This document shows positions 10,731 through 20,233 of a stretch of 64,000 nucleotides of DNA, piece after piece. This stretch comes from Vicinamibacteria bacterium. Lineage in GTDB: Bacteria; Acidobacteriota; Vicinamibacteria; Marinacidobacterales; Marinacidobacteraceae. How positions within the stretch are numbered: position 1 is the first letter of the stretch; each line of letters opens with the position of its first letter. The notes under the pieces were generated by a model, which was given only the letters and a program-made list of their open reading frames with translations, did no database searches and was not told the origin of the DNA. The stretch is taken from assembly GCA_963422395.1 (NCBI GenBank), contig OY729431.1, positions 32,001-96,000 of the forward strand, in the 5' to 3' direction. Both the position numbers and the translations under genes were made by a program.

Positions 10731-11293
10731 GGGATACCGGGGGCGCATCCGTTCGCCTCCAGGCCCCAGACGCGCCACCCGCGGGTATTCGTTCTCGCAA
10801 AGAGTTCGATCTTCTTCAGGTCCGGGAACATGCGTTCGATCCGCAGCCGCACTTCCTCCGGCTTTCGGGAGTGCGCCTCGCGCACCGCCCGCACCAGCTG
10901 ACGCTCCTTCCGGCTCCCGCGCGGAGTCGGGATCCGGCCCCGCCGGAACACCAAGCACAGCTCGCACTGGCTCATCGTGTAATGGCCAGGGTTGACCCGG
11001 GCCTTGTCCCAGACGAAGGCGACCGTCGCCCAGGAGAATCCCCAGGCTCTCCCGAGGTCGATGGCCTGATCGAGATGCGGGTTCGTGGCCCACAGGAAGA
11101 GCAGGGAATCGGCGGCAGCGATGTCCCGGATCCGCAACTTCGCCAGATCGGATGAAGCGACGGTGGGGTAATGACGAACCGCACCCCCGGTGTCGCCGCT
11201 TCCCGCGCCGGCGTGCTGCAGCTGGCCCTGGTAATCCCAGGGCGGATCCGCATAGATGATCTCGAAGCACTCGTCGGGGAGCGGCGGAAACAC
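10694..11293 (-). CDS. MT-A70 family adenine methyltransferase
   Basis: IIYADPPW, LFLWAT, HSRKPE, KIELFAR and WG motifs. Confidence 0.9.
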   Translation of the reverse strand: MFPPLPDECFEIIYADPPWDYQGQLQHAGAGSGDTGGAVRHYPTVASSDLAKLRIRDIAAADSLLFLWATNPHLDQAIDLGRAWGFSWATVAFVWDKARVNPGHYTMSQCELCLVFRRGRIPTPRGSRKERQLVRAVREAHSRKPEEVRLRIERMFPDLKKIELFARTNTRGWRVWGLEANGCAPGIPRDDGSGVMGPE

Positions 11294-11309
11294 CGTTCCG
11301 AAGTCCCTG

Positions 11310-12473
11310 TCAGAGTGCTTGGGAGAAATCGGCGATCAGGTCTTCCGCCGACTCGATTCCGGTGGAGAAGCGCAGCAGCCCTTCCGAGATGCCCATGACC
11401 GCGCGCGCCTCGGGGGAGAGGCCGCTGTGGACGGCTGCAGCCGGTCGGACGATCAGCGATTCCACCCCGCCGAGGCTCGCCGCCACCGCGGGCAGGCCGA
11501 GACGGGAGGCCAGGCGTTCGGCGGCACCTGCCCCGCCGGCCATTTCGAAGGCCAGCATCCCGCCGAAACCGCCCGCGAGGAGCCTTTCGGCGCGCTCGTG
11601 CTGTGGATGCGCTTCGAGCCCCGGGTAGTGGACCGCCCGGATCTCGGGCCTGACCGCCAGGAAACGCGCCACATCGAGCGCGGTCGCCGATTGCCGCCGG
11701 ACGCGCAGACCGATGGTCTTGAGTCCGCGCTCCAGCAGCACGCAGGCGTGGGGATCGAGCGAGCCGCCGAGATGATCGAGGGTCAGCTTGATCCGGCGCA
11801 CCCGTTCGGCGGAGCCCGCGATCGAGCCGGCCACCAGGTCGTTGTGACCGTTCAGGTACTTGGTGGCGCTCTCCATCACCAGATCGAAGCCGAGCTCCGC
11901 CGGACGAAAGAGCACCGGACTCGCGAAGGTGTTGTCGATCACGGTGATCAGCCGGTGGCCGCGGGCGAAATCCACCACGGCTTCGAGGTCCGCCATCTGA
12001 ACCAGCGGATTCGTCAGCGTCTCGACATAGAAAAGTTTCGTCGCGGGAGTCAGCGCCGCTTCCCAAGAGGCCGGATCCTGGGGATCGATGCGGGTGTGGC
12101 TGATCCCGAACCGGGGCAGATCGTGCTGCAGCAGGTTGGCGGTTCCGCCGTACACCACATCCTGCACCAACAGGTGGTCCCCGGCACTCAGGAAGGTGAA
12201 GAGCGCTGCCGAGATCGCCGCCATCCCGCTGCCGGTGACCAGCGCATCCTCCGCGCCCTCGAGCGAAGCGATCCGCCGGTGCAGGACCGCGTGGTTCGGG
12301 CTGTTCGAGAGGCGCAGATACCCGACATCGTGATACGACTCGCCGTGGTACTCGAAGTTCGCAGTCTGGAAGACCGGCGTAGAAACCGCCCCGAGCGGAC
12401 GGGGCTCGAGAGCACCCTCGTGGACGGCGCGGGTATCGAGCGCCGGGGAACGATCTTCCGGGGACGGGGACAA
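11310..12473 (-). CDS. PLP-dependent Cys/Met metabolism enzyme (cystathionine gamma-synthase / methionine gamma-lyase family)
   Basis: SGMAAI, ETLTNP, DNTFASP, SATKYLNGH (PLP lysine) and SLGGVESL. TTG start after an AAGGAGG RBS. Confidence 0.9.
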   Translation of the reverse strand: MSPSPEDRSPALDTRAVHEGALEPRPLGAVSTPVFQTANFEYHGESYHDVGYLRLSNSPNHAVLHRRIASLEGAEDALVTGSGMAAISAALFTFLSAGDHLLVQDVVYGGTANLLQHDLPRFGISHTRIDPQDPASWEAALTPATKLFYVETLTNPLVQMADLEAVVDFARGHRLITVIDNTFASPVLFRPAELGFDLVMESATKYLNGHNDLVAGSIAGSAERVRRIKLTLDHLGGSLDPHACVLLERGLKTIGLRVRRQSATALDVARFLAVRPEIRAVHYPGLEAHPQHERAERLLAGGFGGMLAFEMAGGAGAAERLASRLGLPAVAASLGGVESLIVRPAAAVHSGLSPEARAVMGISEGLLRFSTGIESAEDLIADFSQAL

Positions 12474-12484
12474 GGGAGCCTCCT

Positions 12485-12880
12485 TCAGGGAGTCCTGGAG
12501 GGAGCCCTGGACGCCGGGGCTTCGTAGGCCGCCGCCATCGCGGGGTTTTCGACCATCTCCACCCGCAAGACGCCGCGGAAGCCGCGGGGGAGCCGCGCCG
12601 TCAGCTCGCCGTGGACGAAGCGGCAGAGGAACTCGGTCGTGGTGTTCTGGCCCGGAAACACTTCGTCGAGGTCGGCGTAGCGAAGCGGGTCGAGGGACTC
12701 GCCGAGCGCCTGTTTCGCCCAAGCGAGATCGAGCAGCACATTGTGTTCGTCCAGCGCCGGGCCTCGGAACTCGGCAGTCACCGCGTAGGTCGCGCCGTGC
12801 CGATTCTGCGCCGGACCGAAGACCTCGCCCCGAAGTGCGTGGGAGCACATCACATGGTCCCGGACGGAGATGCTGAACAG
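12485..12880 (-). CDS. 6-pyruvoyl-tetrahydropterin synthase / QueD-like protein
   Basis: FSISVRDHVMCSH...HGATY...NTTTEFL...E. The expected start position is a CTG codon, so the start is uncertain. Confidence 0.75.
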   Translation of the reverse strand: MFSISVRDHVMCSHALRGEVFGPAQNRHGATYAVTAEFRGPALDEHNVLLDLAWAKQALGESLDPLRYADLDEVFPGQNTTTEFLCRFVHGELTARLPRGFRGVLRVEMVENPAMAAAYEAPASRAPSRTP

Positions 12881-13046
12881 GAGATCTGGCCCGCGGCGGG
12901 GCGGGGCCGATGCTAGCAGCCTCTCCCGCTGCTCGCCGAAGGCCGAGGGCCGCGAAAGGCTGCTGCCAGACGTCCGCTCCAGGCACCCGAGAGAAGAACC
13001 GGCGGATTCGTACACTGCCGCCCGAGGAACTCTCCCGAGGAACCCC

Positions 13047-13931
13047 ATGACCGAACCATTCACCGATCCCCCCTTCGACCCGACCGCCGCAGCCGACGAA
13101 ATCGCCGCCGCGCGCGCCGGACGCCGGCAGCTCGCGCCCTTCAGCGGGCGCATCCCCGAGTTCGGCCTCGACGAGGCGTACCGGGTCGCCGGCATCCTCG
13201 CCTGCCGGCGGGCCGCCCGTTCGCCGGTGGTGGGCCGCAAGATCGGCTTCACGAATCCGGCGCTTTGGGAAAAGGCAGGACTCACCCGGCCGGTATGGGG
13301 TTCGATGTTCGCGGAGTCGGTGCACCACACCGGACCGGGAGGTGCACCGCCGGAGATTCCGATGGAAGGCGCCGTGGAGCCGAAGATCGAATGCGAGGTG
13401 GTGGTCGTGCTCGGATCCGCGCCGAAGCCGGGCGATCGGGGTGCGGCGGCGGCGCGCCATGCGGCGAAGATCGGACTCGGCTTCGAGGTGGTGGACTCGC
13501 CCTATCCCGGGTGGAACATGCGCCCGGCCGATGCGGTCGCTGCCGGCGGCATCCATCACGGACTCGCGGTAGGGCCGCTGATCGCGGTCACCGACCCGGC
13601 GGCGGCCGCCGCCGCGATGGCGGCCCTGACCGTGTCCATGATCCGTTCCCCGACCTATTCCCCGACCCGCGGGAAGAGACAGGAACCGGTCGCGGAGGGG
13701 GCCGGCCGGATGGTGCTCGGCAATCCTTTCGACGCGGTGGGGGTGCTCGCCGAAATGACGGCTGCCCAGGGAATTCCGCTCCGGCCCGGCGAGATCCTCA
13801 CGACGGGAACCCTCACTCCGCCGCTGGCGGCCGCCGCCGGCGAGCGGTACCGGGCCGAAGCGGCCGGCGATGTTCTCCCCCCCGTGGAAGTCGAGCTGGT
13901 TCGGGCGTCTGCCGCGGCAGCAAAGCGATGA
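13047..13931 (+). CDS. 2-keto-4-pentenoate hydratase-like protein (FAA hydrolase family)
   Basis: GRKIGFTN, PKIECEV, FEVVDS, LGNP and GEILTTGTLT motifs. Confidence 0.85.
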   Translation: MTEPFTDPPFDPTAAADEIAAARAGRRQLAPFSGRIPEFGLDEAYRVAGILACRRAARSPVVGRKIGFTNPALWEKAGLTRPVWGSMFAESVHHTGPGGAPPEIPMEGAVEPKIECEVVVVLGSAPKPGDRGAAAARHAAKIGLGFEVVDSPYPGWNMRPADAVAAGGIHHGLAVGPLIAVTDPAAAAAAMAALTVSMIRSPTYSPTRGKRQEPVAEGAGRMVLGNPFDAVGVLAEMTAAQGIPLRPGEILTTGTLTPPLAAAAGERYRAEAAGDVLPPVEVELVRASAAAAKR

Positions 13932-14135
13932 CTCCTCATCGAGGATCATCGGGACCCGGGGCGTCCCGACACCGCCGGCCTCCCGGCGTTCCGTCATCCG
14001 CCTCGGGTTTCGGCGGCGGTCTCGGCGGAGAGGCCGGGCGTTCGGATCTGCCGGCGAATCCGGGAGGCCGTGCTAGCATCGCTTGCCGCCTTCTGGAAAT
14101 CGGGTTCCTCTCCACGATCCGCCGAGATTGCGGGG

Positions 14136-15314
14136 ATGCCAGATGACCGCGATCGCCGAGTGAACCCCGTGCCGAACGTACCTGGAAACTCCGCTCTTCG
14201 GCTGCCGAGTCTCTCGATAACCGCGTTCCGCGGCATTCGCGAACTCTCGATCCCGCGGTTGGGCCGCGTGACCCTGCTCGCCGGACGCAACGGATCCGGC
14301 AAGACCAGTGTTCTCGAAGCGGTACGCATCTTTGCCTCTCGCGGCAGCCACGGGGTATTGAGGGAGATTCTGGACGATCGTGACGAACTGATCGAAGCCG
14401 TGGACGAAGACGGCGACCAAATCTCGACGATCGACTGGCCCTCGCTCTTCCACGGCCGGCAGCTCGCGGACGGAGAGACCATCTCCATCGGGCCCGAAAA
14501 CGCCAGCGAACAGCTCACCATCCGATACGGACGCCTCTCCGAGGGAGAGACCGATCGACTGCGGCGGGCAACGCGCCGGTATTCGCTCTCCGAAGTTACC
14601 GGGATACTCCGGGTACGGTACGGGGAAATGGAGCGAAAGCTGCCGCTGTTGCCCGTTCCCCCGTATTTCGACCCGCGTGGGCTGCGCGGATTGCGCGGAC
14701 TGCGCGGACTACTGATGGACGATGACTCGGATCAGCTCTCGGCGATTCCGTGCGGTTCTGTCGGTCCGGGTTTGCCCGGCAAGCAGAGCGTTGCCCGAGG
14801 CTGGGACGAGATCGCTCTCACGGACGACGAGGCGCGCGCGGTCGAGGCACTGAATTCCGTCTCCGTCAGGCCCATCGAACGCGTGACCGTCGTCGGCAGG
14901 GAAGGCCGTCGGGGTGCACCCCGCGTGGTCGTCCGACTCAAGGGAGACAACCGCCCGGTTCCGCTGAAGAGTCTGGGGGACGGGGTTACCCGAATGCTCG
15001 GTGTGGCGCTCGGTCTCGCCAACAGCAGAGGAGGGTTCCTGCTGATCGACGAGGCGGAAAACGGTATCCACCACTCCGTCCAGCGCGATTACTGGAAGAT
15101 GATCATGACGACGGCGCGGGACAACGATGTGCAGGTGATCGCCACCACCCACGGCTGGGACTGCGTGGTCGGATTCGCACGCGCCGCGAAAGAGCTGGAC
15201 GATGTGGAAGGGGCCCTGTTCCGTCTGGAACAGCGCCGCGAAAGGGTCCGGGCGGTGCGCTACTCGGAAGAAGACCTGGAGACCGCAGCCGACCAGGGTG
15301 TCGAGGTCCGATAG
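14136..15314 (+). CDS. AAA_15/AAA_21 ABC-type ATPase
   Basis: FRGI, Walker A GRNGSGKT, signature LGDG, Walker B LLIDEAENGIH and H-loop TTH. Confidence 0.88.
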   Translation: MPDDRDRRVNPVPNVPGNSALRLPSLSITAFRGIRELSIPRLGRVTLLAGRNGSGKTSVLEAVRIFASRGSHGVLREILDDRDELIEAVDEDGDQISTIDWPSLFHGRQLADGETISIGPENASEQLTIRYGRLSEGETDRLRRATRRYSLSEVTGILRVRYGEMERKLPLLPVPPYFDPRGLRGLRGLRGLLMDDDSDQLSAIPCGSVGPGLPGKQSVARGWDEIALTDDEARAVEALNSVSVRPIERVTVVGREGRRGAPRVVVRLKGDNRPVPLKSLGDGVTRMLGVALGLANSRGGFLLIDEAENGIHHSVQRDYWKMIMTTARDNDVQVIATTHGWDCVVGFARAAKELDDVEGALFRLEQRRERVRAVRYSEEDLETAADQGVEVR

Positions 15315-15320
15315 TAATTC

Positions 15321-15965
15321 GTGGCCAGACCGGGTTCCGGATGCTCGGACTCGATCCTGATCGTCGAGGGACCAGACGACAAGCATGTGATCGGACACAC
15401 ACAGAAAAAATCGATGCTATGCCTCTCGTTCGAGATCGTGGACAAAGGCGGCGTCGAAGAAGTGTTGAAGTCCGTTACCGCGGAAATCCAGGTTCCCGGG
15501 AGGAAAGCGGTCGGATTCGTCGTGGATGCGAATGGTTGCTGGCGTTCGCAGTGGAAAAGGGTATGCGAACGGCTGGGGCGGGCGGGCATGGAGCCCCCGA
15601 AGGATCCCAACGGGGAAGGCACGATCATCGAGGGGCAGCCTCGTGTCGGAGTCTGGATGATGCCGGACAATCGATCCGCGGGAGAATTGGAAGACTTCGT
15701 GCGGCAGATGGTGCCTGCAGCGGATGCCGCATGGCCCCTCGCAAAGGAATTCATCAGGAGGATTCCCAGGGAGCATCGCGAATTCACCGAGGGGAAGACT
15801 AGAAGGGCAGAGCTCTACGCATGGCTCGCAACGAAGGAAGAACCGAGGCTTATGGGGTCGGCGATCAGAACCGGTGATCTGAGAACCGATACGGAGCTGT
15901 GCCGGAGATTCGCTGGCTGGATCTCGAGACTCTTCGGGACAGGGCTGCCGGGGATAGCGGGGTGA
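15321..15965 (+). CDS. DUF3226-like TOPRIM-fold protein
   Basis: LIVEGPDD, VVDAN and GVWMMPDN..GELEDF motifs. Starts 6 bp after the ATPase stop. Confidence 0.75.
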   Translation: MARPGSGCSDSILIVEGPDDKHVIGHTQKKSMLCLSFEIVDKGGVEEVLKSVTAEIQVPGRKAVGFVVDANGCWRSQWKRVCERLGRAGMEPPKDPNGEGTIIEGQPRVGVWMMPDNRSAGELEDFVRQMVPAADAAWPLAKEFIRRIPREHREFTEGKTRRAELYAWLATKEEPRLMGSAIRTGDLRTDTELCRRFAGWISRLFGTGLPGIAG

Positions 15966-17312
15966 GTGAACACTGTGGAAACGAGTGAGGAACGAAGAGA
16001 CGCCGACCTCGGCAATGTCTTCATCTCCAACTACCCGCCCTACTCGCGCTGGAATTCGGAGCAGACGGCGGCGCTCCATCGGGTCCTCGCTTCTGGCGGT
16101 CCGGGCGCGGATTCGAATACCGGAGAAGCGGCGGCGCTCGGCCTCTATCTCCACATTCCGTTCTGCCGGAAGCGTTGCAAGTTCTGCTACTTCCGCGTGT
16201 ACACCGACAAGAACAGCCGAGAGGTGGGACGGTACCTGGACGGCCTCGCCCGTGAAGTGGAGCTATACGCCGCGCAGCCGGCGGTTGCGGGAAGACCGCT
16301 GCGTTTCGTCTATTTCGGCGGCGGCACTCCCTCGTTCCTCAGCCCGAAGCAGCTCCGCGGGCTGGTCGCGCGTCTCGAATCCGCGCTGCGTTGGAACCGC
16401 GTGGAGGAAGTGGCGTTCGAATGCGAGCCGGGAACGCTTACCGCAGCCAAAGTCGAAGCGATTCGGAAGATCGGAGTCACTCGGTTGAGCCTCGGCATCG
16501 AAAATCTGAACGACGAAATCTTGCGAGAAAACGGCCGCGCCCACACCACGCGCGAGATCCGCGCCGTCATGCCCTGGGTCCGGGAAGCGGCATTCCCGCA
16601 GGTGAATATGGATCTGATCGCCGGCATGGTGGGCGAGACCTGGCCGCTCTGGCGGCGCACGGTGCAGGAGACGATCGATCTCGACCCCGACAGCATCACC
16701 GTGTATCAGATGGAACTGCCTTTCAACACCGTGTACGCCAGGGATGTCCTCGACGATGGCCGCGAGGCGCCGGCTTTCGCCGATTGGGAGACGCGGCGCG
16801 AATGGCACGCCTACGCTTTCGAGCAATTCGCGGCCGCGGGCTACGAACCGTCGAGCGCGTACACGGTGAAGAAACCGGGGCGCGGGATTCGTTTCCTCTA
16901 CCGCGATGCCTTGTGGCGCGGCACGGACATGCTGGGCTGCGGCGTTTCCTCGTTCGGTTATCTGCAGGGTGTGCATTACCAAAACAGCGCCTCTTGGGAT
17001 ACCTATCTCGAAGCAGTCGAGCGCAAGAATTTTCCGATCGACCGAGCTCTCGAGACGACACTCCGGGAACGGCTGATCCGCGAAACGATCCTGCAACTCA
17101 AGCTGGGCCGCCTCGATCCCGGATACTTCCGCGAAAAATTCGGCGTCGAACTGACCGACGAGTTCGCTCCCGCCCTGAGCAAACTGCAGCGCGAGAACAT
17201 GATGACGCTCGACGGAGATGGCATTCGGCTGACTCCCGAAGGCCTGCTTCGGGTGGATTCGCTGCTGCCCGAGTTCTACGAGCCGGAGAACCGGAACATC
17301 GCGTATGTCTGA
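15966..17312 (+). CDS. HemN-like (class C) radical SAM enzyme
   Basis: NYPPY, LYLHIPFCRKRCKFC (CxxxCxxC), YFGGGTPS, RLSLG and a HemN_C-like tail. Confidence 0.9.
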   Translation: MNTVETSEERRDADLGNVFISNYPPYSRWNSEQTAALHRVLASGGPGADSNTGEAAALGLYLHIPFCRKRCKFCYFRVYTDKNSREVGRYLDGLAREVELYAAQPAVAGRPLRFVYFGGGTPSFLSPKQLRGLVARLESALRWNRVEEVAFECEPGTLTAAKVEAIRKIGVTRLSLGIENLNDEILRENGRAHTTREIRAVMPWVREAAFPQVNMDLIAGMVGETWPLWRRTVQETIDLDPDSITVYQMELPFNTVYARDVLDDGREAPAFADWETRREWHAYAFEQFAAAGYEPSSAYTVKKPGRGIRFLYRDALWRGTDMLGCGVSSFGYLQGVHYQNSASWDTYLEAVERKNFPIDRALETTLRERLIRETILQLKLGRLDPGYFREKFGVELTDEFAPALSKLQRENMMTLDGDGIRLTPEGLLRVDSLLPEFYEPENRNIAYV

Positions 17313-17357
17313 GGGCGCTCTCGGCTGAAGCAGGCCGCTGCCCCCTCCTGCGAATCC

Positions 17358-18614
17358 ATGACTCGGGACGGGATCGATGTAGTCGTCCTGGGCGGAGGGC
17401 CGGCTGGTTGCACGACGGCGACCCTGATCGCCCGACAGGGATTTCGAGTGGCGCTCCTCGAACGGGAGCCGACGCCCGCTTTCAAGGTGGGCGAATCGCT
17501 CGTCCCCCATACCTATGGAACCTTCGCCCGGCTCGGCTTGCTCGACGAGCTGAAGCGAAGTCACTTCCAGCGCAAGCACAGCGTGCAGTTCGTGAATGCC
17601 GCCGGCCGCGCGTCGGCGCCTTTCTATTTTTCGGAGACCGACCCCCACGAGCGCTCGACGACCTGGCAGGTGCTGCGAAGCGAGTTCGACCAGTTGATGC
17701 TCGACAATGCCGCTAGAAGCGGCGTTCAGCTGCGGCAGGGCGTCCAGGTGCAGGAGATCCTGTTCGAGGGCGAGACCGCCGTTGGCGTCAGAGCACGAGA
17801 GCGCGGCGGCCCGGCTGCCGTGGATATCCCCGCCAGAGTGGTGGTGGATGCCACCGGGCGGAACGCCCTCCTCGCCAGACAGCTGAACCTGCTGGTCAGA
17901 GAACCGAACCTCCGCAAAGTCTCGATCTTCACCCATTTTCGGGGTGCCCGGCGCGGCGCGGGCATCGACGAAGGCGCCACCCTGATCCTGCACACCCGGA
18001 ACCGAAAGTCGTGGTTCTGGTTCATCCCGCTGGCAGGAGATCTGGCGAGCGTCGGCGTGGTCGGTGATCTCGAGGCGCTGCAGAGCCGCGGCGGCGAGAA
18101 CGGAGCCTCAGCGAGGTTCGACGAGGAGGTTCGCAACTGCCCCGCGCTCGAAGCCCGGCTGCGGTCGGCCGATCGCGTGCAGCCCGTCCGGGTGGTGCAA
18201 GACTTTTCCTACTGCTCCGAGCGCATCTCCGGGAACGGTTGGGTCCTCGTCGGCGACGCTTTCGCGTTCCTCGACCCCATCTATTCCACCGGCGTGGTGC
18301 TGGCTCTCCAATCGGGAGAAATGGCCGCCGACACGATCTGTCGTTGCCTCGCCGAAAACGATCTTTCGGGCGAGGCTCTCGGACGGTTCGCCGACCGGTT
18401 TCTCACCGGAATGCGGAGCTTTCGCAAGCTGGTGTACGCCTTCTACGATCCGGATTTCGGATTCTCGGAGTTCCTCCGCGCCCACCCGGAGTGCCGGCGG
18501 GGATTGATCGACATCCTCTCGGGCAATGTCTTCGGCTCGGGCGTCGAGAGCATCTTCGTTCCCATGGAACGGATGTGCGGACTGCCCGGGGATGCGAGCG
18601 TCGGAGCGGTCTGA
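17358..18614 (+). CDS. Flavin-dependent halogenase-family oxidoreductase
   Basis: GGGPAG, GESL, FQRK (candidate catalytic Lys), WFWFIP (WxWxIP) and GDAFAFLDPIYSTGV. Confidence 0.85.
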   Translation: MTRDGIDVVVLGGGPAGCTTATLIARQGFRVALLEREPTPAFKVGESLVPHTYGTFARLGLLDELKRSHFQRKHSVQFVNAAGRASAPFYFSETDPHERSTTWQVLRSEFDQLMLDNAARSGVQLRQGVQVQEILFEGETAVGVRARERGGPAAVDIPARVVVDATGRNALLARQLNLLVREPNLRKVSIFTHFRGARRGAGIDEGATLILHTRNRKSWFWFIPLAGDLASVGVVGDLEALQSRGGENGASARFDEEVRNCPALEARLRSADRVQPVRVVQDFSYCSERISGNGWVLVGDAFAFLDPIYSTGVVLALQSGEMAADTICRCLAENDLSGEALGRFADRFLTGMRSFRKLVYAFYDPDFGFSEFLRAHPECRRGLIDILSGNVFGSGVESIFVPMERMCGLPGDASVGAV

Positions 18615-18637
18615 GACCCTGCGCCGGTGACGGACGG

Positions 18638-20233
18638 TTGCTCTTCGGCGAAATCCTGCGGCGGGCCGCAGCGCGCGCGCCGGAGAAAACGGCGATTCTC
18701 GCCGGCAGTCGGCGACTTTCCTTCGCTGAGTACGACCGCCTCGCCAACCGTTTCGCACACCTGCTGATCGCGGCCGGAATCCGCCCGGGCGACCGAGTCG
18801 CCTGCTCGTTGTGGAACAGCCCGGAATACGGCGTGGTCCATTTCGGGAACGCGCGGGCGGGCAGCATCCTGGTCCATATCCCGCCGCTCTACGCTCCCCG
18901 CGAGATCGCACAGATCGTCTCCCGTACCGAACCGCGCGCCCTGGTGGCGGACGCCGGCGTTTTGGACCGGGTTGCCCCGGAGACTCTTCGCGCGGTCGGG
19001 ACGGTGATCGCCGCCGGCGCTTCCGGCTTTGACGGTGCTCTCGGATTCGACGAAGCGATCGGCGGACAGCCCGAGCACGCTCCGGATCTGGAACTCGACC
19101 CCGGCGCTCCCGCCGCCATGACCTTCACCGGCGGTACCACCGGCGAGCCCAGGGGAGCCGTCGTGAATCACCGGGCGCGTCATGTCTCTGCGGTCACCAC
19201 TGCGCGGGAACACCGGGTGACGGACCAGGACATCGTCGCCGTGATCACCCCGATGTGCCACGCCGTGGGCCTGATGATCTGGCACCAGGCCGCCGTCGTG
19301 GCAGGGGCGGCTTCCGTCGTGTTTCGAAAGTGGGATCCGGAAGAGTTTTTCGCCGAGACCGAACGGCGCCGGATCTCCTCGGCATTTCTGGTGCCGGTCC
19401 AGGTGCGCGACCTGTTGCGGGCGCCCGGCTTCGATCGGGACCGGTTGGCTTCCTTGAAGAACATCGGGGTGGGGGGCGCGCCGACGCCGCCGGGGCTGAT
19501 CGCCGAGTGGCGGGCCGCCCTTCCCTGCTGCGGGTACACCGACCACTACGGTCAATCGGAAACCGGCCCGCTCACCATCCTGAAACCCGAGGAGACGGCG
19601 GCGCACTCCGGAACTGTCGGCCGCGCCGCGGCCGGCGTGGAACTCCGGATCGTGGACCCCGCCGGCGACCCGGTCGAACCGGAGGCCGTGGGCGAACTCA
19701 TCGCGCGCGGGCCTTTCCTGATGGACGGCTACTTCGGGGACGAAGCGGAAACGGCTCGCTATTTCCGGAGCGCCGACGGCTGGGGTTGGACCGGGGACCT
19801 CGCCCGTGCCGACGAGCAGGGCTACCTCCGGCTGGTCGGCAGGACTCGCGACCTCATCATCTCCGGTGGGTGCAACATCTATCCGGGCGAGATCGAAACC
19901 GCGCTGCTGAGCCATCCGGGCGTCGAGGACTGCGCCGTTTTCGGAGCACCGGACGAACGCTGGGGAGAGGCCCCCGTCGCCTGTGTGGTCCGCTCAGCCG
20001 GGGGGCAGGCCGCTGCCGGGGAACTCATCGCTCACTGCACCGATCAGCGGGCGCGCTACAAGCGCCCGCGGGAAATCGTCTTCGTCGAAGCGATCGCGCG
20101 AACCCCGACGGGCAAGGTTCCAAAGCAGCTCCTGCGCAACGCTTACCTGGCCGGCCGGCTCAGCGAAAAGGCACTCCCACCGCCCGAGACAGGAACTCGA
20201 CGAACGGCGAGGCCCGGCGCACCAACTCCGTGA
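18638..20233 (+). CDS. AMP-dependent acyl-CoA synthetase / ligase
   Basis: FTGGTTGEPRG, YGQSE, TGDL, GRTRDLIISGG and PTGK motifs. Start is approximate (TTG). Confidence 0.88.
   Translation: MLFGEILRRAAARAPEKTAILAGSRRLSFAEYDRLANRFAHLLIAAGIRPGDRVACSLWNSPEYGVVHFGNARAGSILVHIPPLYAPREIAQIVSRTEPRALVADAGVLDRVAPETLRAVGTVIAAGASGFDGALGFDEAIGGQPEHAPDLELDPGAPAAMTFTGGTTGEPRGAVVNHRARHVSAVTTAREHRVTDQDIVAVITPMCHAVGLMIWHQAAVVAGAASVVFRKWDPEEFFAETERRRISSAFLVPVQVRDLLRAPGFDRDRLASLKNIGVGGAPTPPGLIAEWRAALPCCGYTDHYGQSETGPLTILKPEETAAHSGTVGRAAAGVELRIVDPAGDPVEPEAVGELIARGPFLMDGYFGDEAETARYFRSADGWGWTGDLARADEQGYLRLVGRTRDLIISGGCNIYPGEIETALLSHPGVEDCAVFGAPDERWGEAPVACVVRSAGGQAAAGELIAHCTDQRARYKRPREIVFVEAIARTPTGKVPKQLLRNAYLAGRLSEKALPPPETGTRRTARPGAPTP

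Noticed and set aside
11310-13997. 895-aa ORF suggesting a large fusion to the PLP enzyme
   Set aside because: Only the last ~390 aa are homologous. The upstream part overlaps the queD-like and hydratase genes, and an RBS precedes the TTG at 12473.
14675-14712. 9-bp repeat encoding RGL several times in the ATPase
   Set aside because: Short in-frame slippage in a variable region, with no evidence of function.
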